Under the pieces are notes generated by a model that was not told where the DNA came from, ran no database searches, and was given only the letters and a program-made list of their open reading frames with translations. The position numbers and the translations under genes are program-made. A DNA stretch of 63,877 nt from Sphingomonadaceae bacterium. GTDB taxonomy: Bacteria; Pseudomonadota; Alphaproteobacteria; Sphingomonadales; Sphingomonadaceae. The DNA is taken from the NCBI GenBank assembly GCA_050330935.1, contig JBHJHL010000003.1, forward strand, positions 1-63,877, written 5' to 3'. Below, one piece after another: positions 59,774-63,877 of the stretch; within the stretch, counting starts at the first letter, position 1, and every line of letters starts with the position of its first letter.

Positions 59774-60817
59774 CTATTCGATTTCGGCCGGATCGAGAGG
59801 GGTGAAGTTGGCCGCGGCCTGGGCCGAGCGCGCCCGCACCTCCTCGCGCGCCGGGACGAGACCGCGGCGGACCAGATAGCTGCCGGGGCCGGTCGCGCGG
59901 CTATATTCCTCGACGAATTCGCGCAGGCCCGGGATGACGCCGACATGCGCGCCCTTGACATAGATGAACAACGGACGGGCGGCCCCATATTCATAGGATG
60001 AGATGGCATCGTAGGTGGGCTCGACGCCGTCGATTGCTATTCCGCGAAGGCGGTTCTCGTTCTCGGCCAGGAAGCTGTACCCGAACACGCCGACCGCGCC
60101 CTGATTGACGATCACCTTCTGGGCGATGAGATTGTCGTTCTCGCCCGATTCGATATAAGTGCCGTCCTCGCGGATGCGGGTGCAGATTTCCTTGTATTCG
60201 TCCTCGTTGCTTTCCTCAAGCGCCGCGATTTGGGGATTGGACTTGCAGCCGTCCTCGAGCACCAGCTCGGCGAGCGCGTCGCGGGTGCCGCTGGTCGGCG
60301 GCGGACCGTAGACGATGATCGGGATGTCCGGGAGCGAGGCGTCGATGTCGCTCCACTTCTCGGCGGTCTGCTCCTCGCCATAGGGCCGGGCGGCGAGGGC
60401 TTCGTAGATTTGACGTTCGGTCAGTTCGAATTCCGCCGTCTCGGGACTGGTGGCGAAGGCGATGCCGTCGATGCCGATCTGGATCTCGATCACCTCGTCG
60501 ACGCCCGCTTCGCCGCAATTCTCGATCTCGGATCTCGTGATCCGGCGCGATGCGTTGGCGATGTCGGGATGGTCGCCGCCGACACCCTGGCAGAACTGTT
60601 TGAAGCCCGCGCCGGTGCCCGTCGATTCGACGATCGGCGAGGGGAAGGACGGATGGGTCTGGGCAAATCGCTCGGCGACCGCCTTGGTGAAGGGATAGAC
60701 GGTCGAAGAGCCGACGATCTGAAGCGGCTGGCCGGCGACGTCGCCGCCCGATCCGCCGCCGTCGCAAGCGGCAAAAAATAGCGCTGCGGCCGCAGCGGTG
60801 ATGGACCTGGTTTTCAA
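59774..60817 (-). CDS. pstS: Phosphate-binding lipoprotein
   Basis: GSSTVYPF, GTGAG, NASR, SGTRD; lipobox. Confidence 0.93.
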   Translation of the reverse strand: MKTRSITAAAAALFFAACDGGGSGGDVAGQPLQIVGSSTVYPFTKAVAERFAQTHPSFPSPIVESTGTGAGFKQFCQGVGGDHPDIANASRRITRSEIENCGEAGVDEVIEIQIGIDGIAFATSPETAEFELTERQIYEALAARPYGEEQTAEKWSDIDASLPDIPIIVYGPPPTSGTRDALAELVLEDGCKSNPQIAALEESNEDEYKEICTRIREDGTYIESGENDNLIAQKVIVNQGAVGVFGYSFLAENENRLRGIAIDGVEPTYDAISSYEYGAARPLFIYVKGAHVGVIPGLREFVEEYSRATGPGSYLVRRGLVPAREEVRARSAQAAANFTPLDPAEIE

Positions 60818-60885
60818 GACGGCCTCCTGGTGTCGATCCGTAGCGGGAGTAGGCGTGGCCTCTAGGACGAGCCGAAGAGATTTCT

Positions 60886-60912
60886 GTTACGCTTCGATGA
60901 CCGTTTCATGAC
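60886..60912 (-). promoter_or_regulatory. Pho box upstream of pstS
   Basis: GTCAT-N6-GTCAT-N6-GTAAC, 11-bp period. Confidence 0.8.
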
Positions 60913-60940
60913 TCGCCGGGCGCGCCGGACGACATCGCCT

Positions 60941-62305
60941 TCAGAAATCGATCTGGGCCCGCGCCCCGATCACGTCGACGGCGTAGTCGCGCTCGCCGCC
61001 GGTGGCCGGAATGGCGGCGTCGGAATATAGGATATGTCCGTAGTTCAAAAGGAAGCGGACATGGTCGTGGGGAATCCATATCAGCGAGGCAAGATAGCCG
61101 TTCTGGACGCCGCCCAGGGCCGCCCCGCCGCCGAGATCGAGCCGGTCGTAGCGGAGGTTGAGCTGGACCGCGCCCCAGCGTTGGCTGTCGTCGCCCAGCC
61201 GGGTGCGGCCGAAGGCGCCGTCATCGTAGCTGCGCCGCTCGCCGGTGAGGAATATCCCCGCTTCGACATAGCCGCCGAAGAAGGACGGATCGGGATCCCC
61301 GCCTGAGAGATCGGGGGTCAGCCAATGAGCTTCGGCGGCGATATGCCAAGGTGTTCCCACGGCCGCGAATTCCAGACCGTAATGGCTTTCGCCGGCGATA
61401 GCGAGCGGCAAGGTCGAAACAAAGCGCACGTCGGTCGCATGGATCAGGGGGCGCTGGCGGTATCGGGCGGCGATGCTTGCGCGGCTGTTGCTGTCATTGT
61501 CGCGATAATGGGCGGAGCCGCCGAAATGGAAACGGGCGGCTCCGATCAGCGGCGCGTAGACGATGCGTCCGTCGAGGCCGATCGCCCTGTTGGCATCGTC
61601 GGCGAGCGATTCGACGTCGTCGGTGAACAGACCGCCGCTCAGGAGCATATTTCCGCGCTTATATTCGGCCGAGATGCCGACGCGGCGCTCGAAGCCGAAC
61701 GCGTCGGTGAAGGCGGCGCGCTCGATGAACGAGGTGAAGCGAGAGCTCGTCACTTCTTCGAGCGACTGGAAGGGCTTGTGATGACCGATCACCGCTTCCA
61801 GATGTTCGTTCGCGCGGTAGGAGATCAGGGCGTCGGCGACGGAAATGTCGCCGTCGGCGAAATCGAGCTCCAGCTTATAGCCGAAGCCGCCCGGCATGTC
61901 GCCCTCCACCCCAAGTCTCGCGGCGCGCAATTCGGTGGCAAGGCCGAGCCCCGGGTCGTCGATCCCCTCGGGTTCCGAGACCCAGCCAGCGTCAAGTTGC
62001 AGCCGCCCCCGCGGTTTGAACGACCAGCCGGCGTCGCTCTCGATTTCGGGCGCGCCCTTCCATGTCGTCTGCTCGCCTAGAGGCGGTTCTGCCGGGGCCT
62101 TGGCAGGAGTGGCGCGGAGGGTTGCGAGCTCGCTTTCGAGCGCTTCGAGGCGGGCGCGGATCGCTGCTATTTCGGCGGCGATCGCCGAAGATCGGTCAGC
62201 GGCCTTAATGTCTTTCTCAGCCTCCGCAGAGGTAGGATTTTGGGCAGCGTCCGGGGCCGCCAAGGCGGCGAGCGCCAGCGGCAAAATCGTCTCATATCCG
62301 GGCAA
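60941..62305 (-). CDS. OprO/OprP-type phosphate-selective porin
   Basis: GRLQLD, ARLGVEG, FIER, RYRQRP, C-terminal QIDF; TTG start 7 nt after GGAGG. Confidence 0.9.
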   Translation of the reverse strand: MPGYETILPLALAALAAPDAAQNPTSAEAEKDIKAADRSSAIAAEIAAIRARLEALESELATLRATPAKAPAEPPLGEQTTWKGAPEIESDAGWSFKPRGRLQLDAGWVSEPEGIDDPGLGLATELRAARLGVEGDMPGGFGYKLELDFADGDISVADALISYRANEHLEAVIGHHKPFQSLEEVTSSRFTSFIERAAFTDAFGFERRVGISAEYKRGNMLLSGGLFTDDVESLADDANRAIGLDGRIVYAPLIGAARFHFGGSAHYRDNDSNSRASIAARYRQRPLIHATDVRFVSTLPLAIAGESHYGLEFAAVGTPWHIAAEAHWLTPDLSGGDPDPSFFGGYVEAGIFLTGERRSYDDGAFGRTRLGDDSQRWGAVQLNLRYDRLDLGGGAALGGVQNGYLASLIWIPHDHVRFLLNYGHILYSDAAIPATGGERDYAVDVIGARAQIDF

Positions 62306-62352
62306 AATCGGACCTCCGCGGTCGAAATCTGGCTCGCCGCTAGGGGGGTGAG

Positions 62353-62390
62353 GTGACAGTCGCGAGACTCTTCGGTTACAATAATGTTTC
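62353..62390 (-). promoter_or_regulatory. Four-unit Pho box upstream of the porin
   Basis: GTGAC/GAGAC/GTTAC/GTTTC at 62353, 62364, 62375, 62386. Confidence 0.75.
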
Positions 62391-62424
62391 AATCGCTGTG
62401 GATAAATCGCTATAGAGCTTGAAT

Positions 62425-62625
62425 ATGGAACATAATCCAGCAGTTCAGCGGGAGATGGACTTCCTTGCCCGGCGGCTTGCCGAGGAGAGGGCGGCGGCTG
62501 TCCAGGCGGTCCGCCCCCAGGCCGATATCCACCGTCAACTCGCCGAGGATTATGCGGCGGTGCTGGAGGCGTATCGCAACTATGCCGAGGCGCTGCGCAA
62601 GCGTAGCGAGGGCGCCGCGGGCTGA
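62425..62625 (+). CDS. Small hypothetical helical protein
   Basis: FLARRLAEERAAA..A...ADIHRQLAEDY motif. Confidence 0.65.
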   Translation: MEHNPAVQREMDFLARRLAEERAAAVQAVRPQADIHRQLAEDYAAVLEAYRNYAEALRKRSEGAAG

Positions 62626-62663
62626 GCCGCGCGGCGATATTCCAAACCGAAAGGCAAGCTTTT

Positions 62664-63390
62664 TTAGGCGGGAATGGCGCTCGCCTGCTGCTCGCTGTTC
62701 GATCGCGGCAGCAATACGGCGACATGGGTTCCCTCGCCCAGCTTGCTGCGGATTTCGAGCCGGCCGCGGTGGCGGACGACGATATGTTTGGCGATGGCGA
62801 GCCCGAGCCCGGTGCCTCCCATGGACCGGCTGCGGCCCGGGTCGACGCGATAGAAACGCTCGGTGAGGCGCGGGATATGCTCGGCGGGGATGCCCTCGCC
62901 GCGGTCGATGACGGAAAATTGCAGCATTTCGCTGCCCGCCTCCTCGATGCGCACCGTCACCTGCTCGCCGGCGCGGCCATATTTGATCGCGTTGACGACG
63001 AGGTTGAGGAACAATTGCTGAAGCTGCGAGCGGTCGCCATGGACGACAGGATATTGGGCCCGGTTCTCGATGACGATCTCGTTTTGCTCCTCGGCGGCGA
63101 GATGGCGGCAGTTGCGCACCACCTCCTCGATCAGCGGCGGCACCTCGATCGATTCGCGCGGCAGGCTGAAGCGCTCGGCCTCGATCCGGGAAAGCGACAT
63201 CAGGTCCTCGACCAGCTGCTGGATGCGGCGTGCCTCCTCGAACATGATGCGGATGAATCGGGTGCGGGTCTTCTCGTCGGCCGCCGCATCGCGATCCTGG
63301 AGCATTTCGAGGAAGCCGAGCAGGGTGGCGAGCGGCGTGCGCAGCTCATGGCTCGCATTGGCAACGAAGTCGACGCGCATCTTTTCGGAG
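62664..63390 (-). CDS. phoR: PhoR histidine kinase, C-terminal part
   Basis: DFVANASHELRTPL, NAIKY, D.GEGI, ERFYRVD, GTGLGLAI. Confidence 0.9.
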
Positions 63391-63482
63391 GCGTGGGGGG
63401 GGGGGCGGGGGGGGGCGGGGCGGGGCCCCCCCCCCCCCCGCCGCCGCAGCCCGAGCCCGTGATCGACAGCGCCGGCCTCCCC

Positions 63483-63776
63483 CCGCTGCCCGAGACGACC
63501 GAGATACTGGAAGGCGTCGACCAGCCCGTGCTGATCGTGCGCAACCGCCGCGTGCTGCTCGCCAATTCGGCCGCGCGCGAGGTGCTCGGCAAGCATATCG
63601 AGGGGGTGGACGTGCGCCTCGCGATCCGCCATCCGGCCGCCGCCGAGCGCCTTACCGACCGTCGCACCGACGCCGCGCAGGCCCGGGTCGACAAGACCGA
63701 GCTCGTCGGCCTCGGCGAGCGCGACCGGCGCTGGGAGATGACCACCGCGCGGCTCGCCGACGGCAGCCGGCTCGTG
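63483..63776 (+). other. PhoR PAS-like segment in inverted orientation (probable misassembly)
   Basis: Plus frame EILEGVDQPVLIV..RRVLLANSAAREVLG...LAIRHP; flanked by poly-G/poly-C tracts. Confidence 0.75.
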
Positions 63777-63877
63777 GGGCCCCCCCCCCCCCCCGCCGCG
63801 CCCCCCCCCCCCAAAAATAGCCGCGCAGAAGGATGGAAAGAAGAGCCACAACAGCGCACCCCCCCCCCCCCCCCCCC

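Noticed and set aside
62280-62320. Frameshift in the porin signal peptide (out-of-frame ATG at 62295)
   Set aside because: An in-frame TTG at 62305 with a well-spaced GGAGG explains the start
63391-63440. Phase-variable G tracts or G-quadruplex
   Set aside because: Located at the window end and interrupting a conserved gene; artefact is more parsimonious

Overview
High-GC alphaproteobacterial chromosome segment; the gene set and order suggest a sphingomonad. The left end holds a compact type II-C CRISPR-Cas locus: the end of a short array with diverging repeats, a leader, cas2-cas1-cas9, and a divergently transcribed ~80-nt tracrRNA with its own promoter and terminator. This locus sits directly downstream of nusG. 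A HigBA toxin-antitoxin module lies between two copies of the nusG 3' end, whose differences are silent apart from one V/I change. An array of degenerate tRNA-3'-end copies lies between tRNA-Trp and secE. The rest is mostly housekeeping (accBC, aroQ, thiSG, scoAB, grxD, nadAC, ihfB-rpsA-cmk-aroA, pgsA, oxyR-ahpCD, cysE, and the pho/pst cluster with Pho boxes) with small accessory genes interspersed. Other notable signals: recurrent 3'-end duplications of core genes, a candidate sigma54-dependent sRNA, a membrane-domain/ATP-grasp fusion next to a flippase, an internally deleted ParA, and an AT-richer Cas9 PAM-interacting region. The last ~490 bp are probably an assembly artefact. Family names come from my recognition of motifs, not from database searches.
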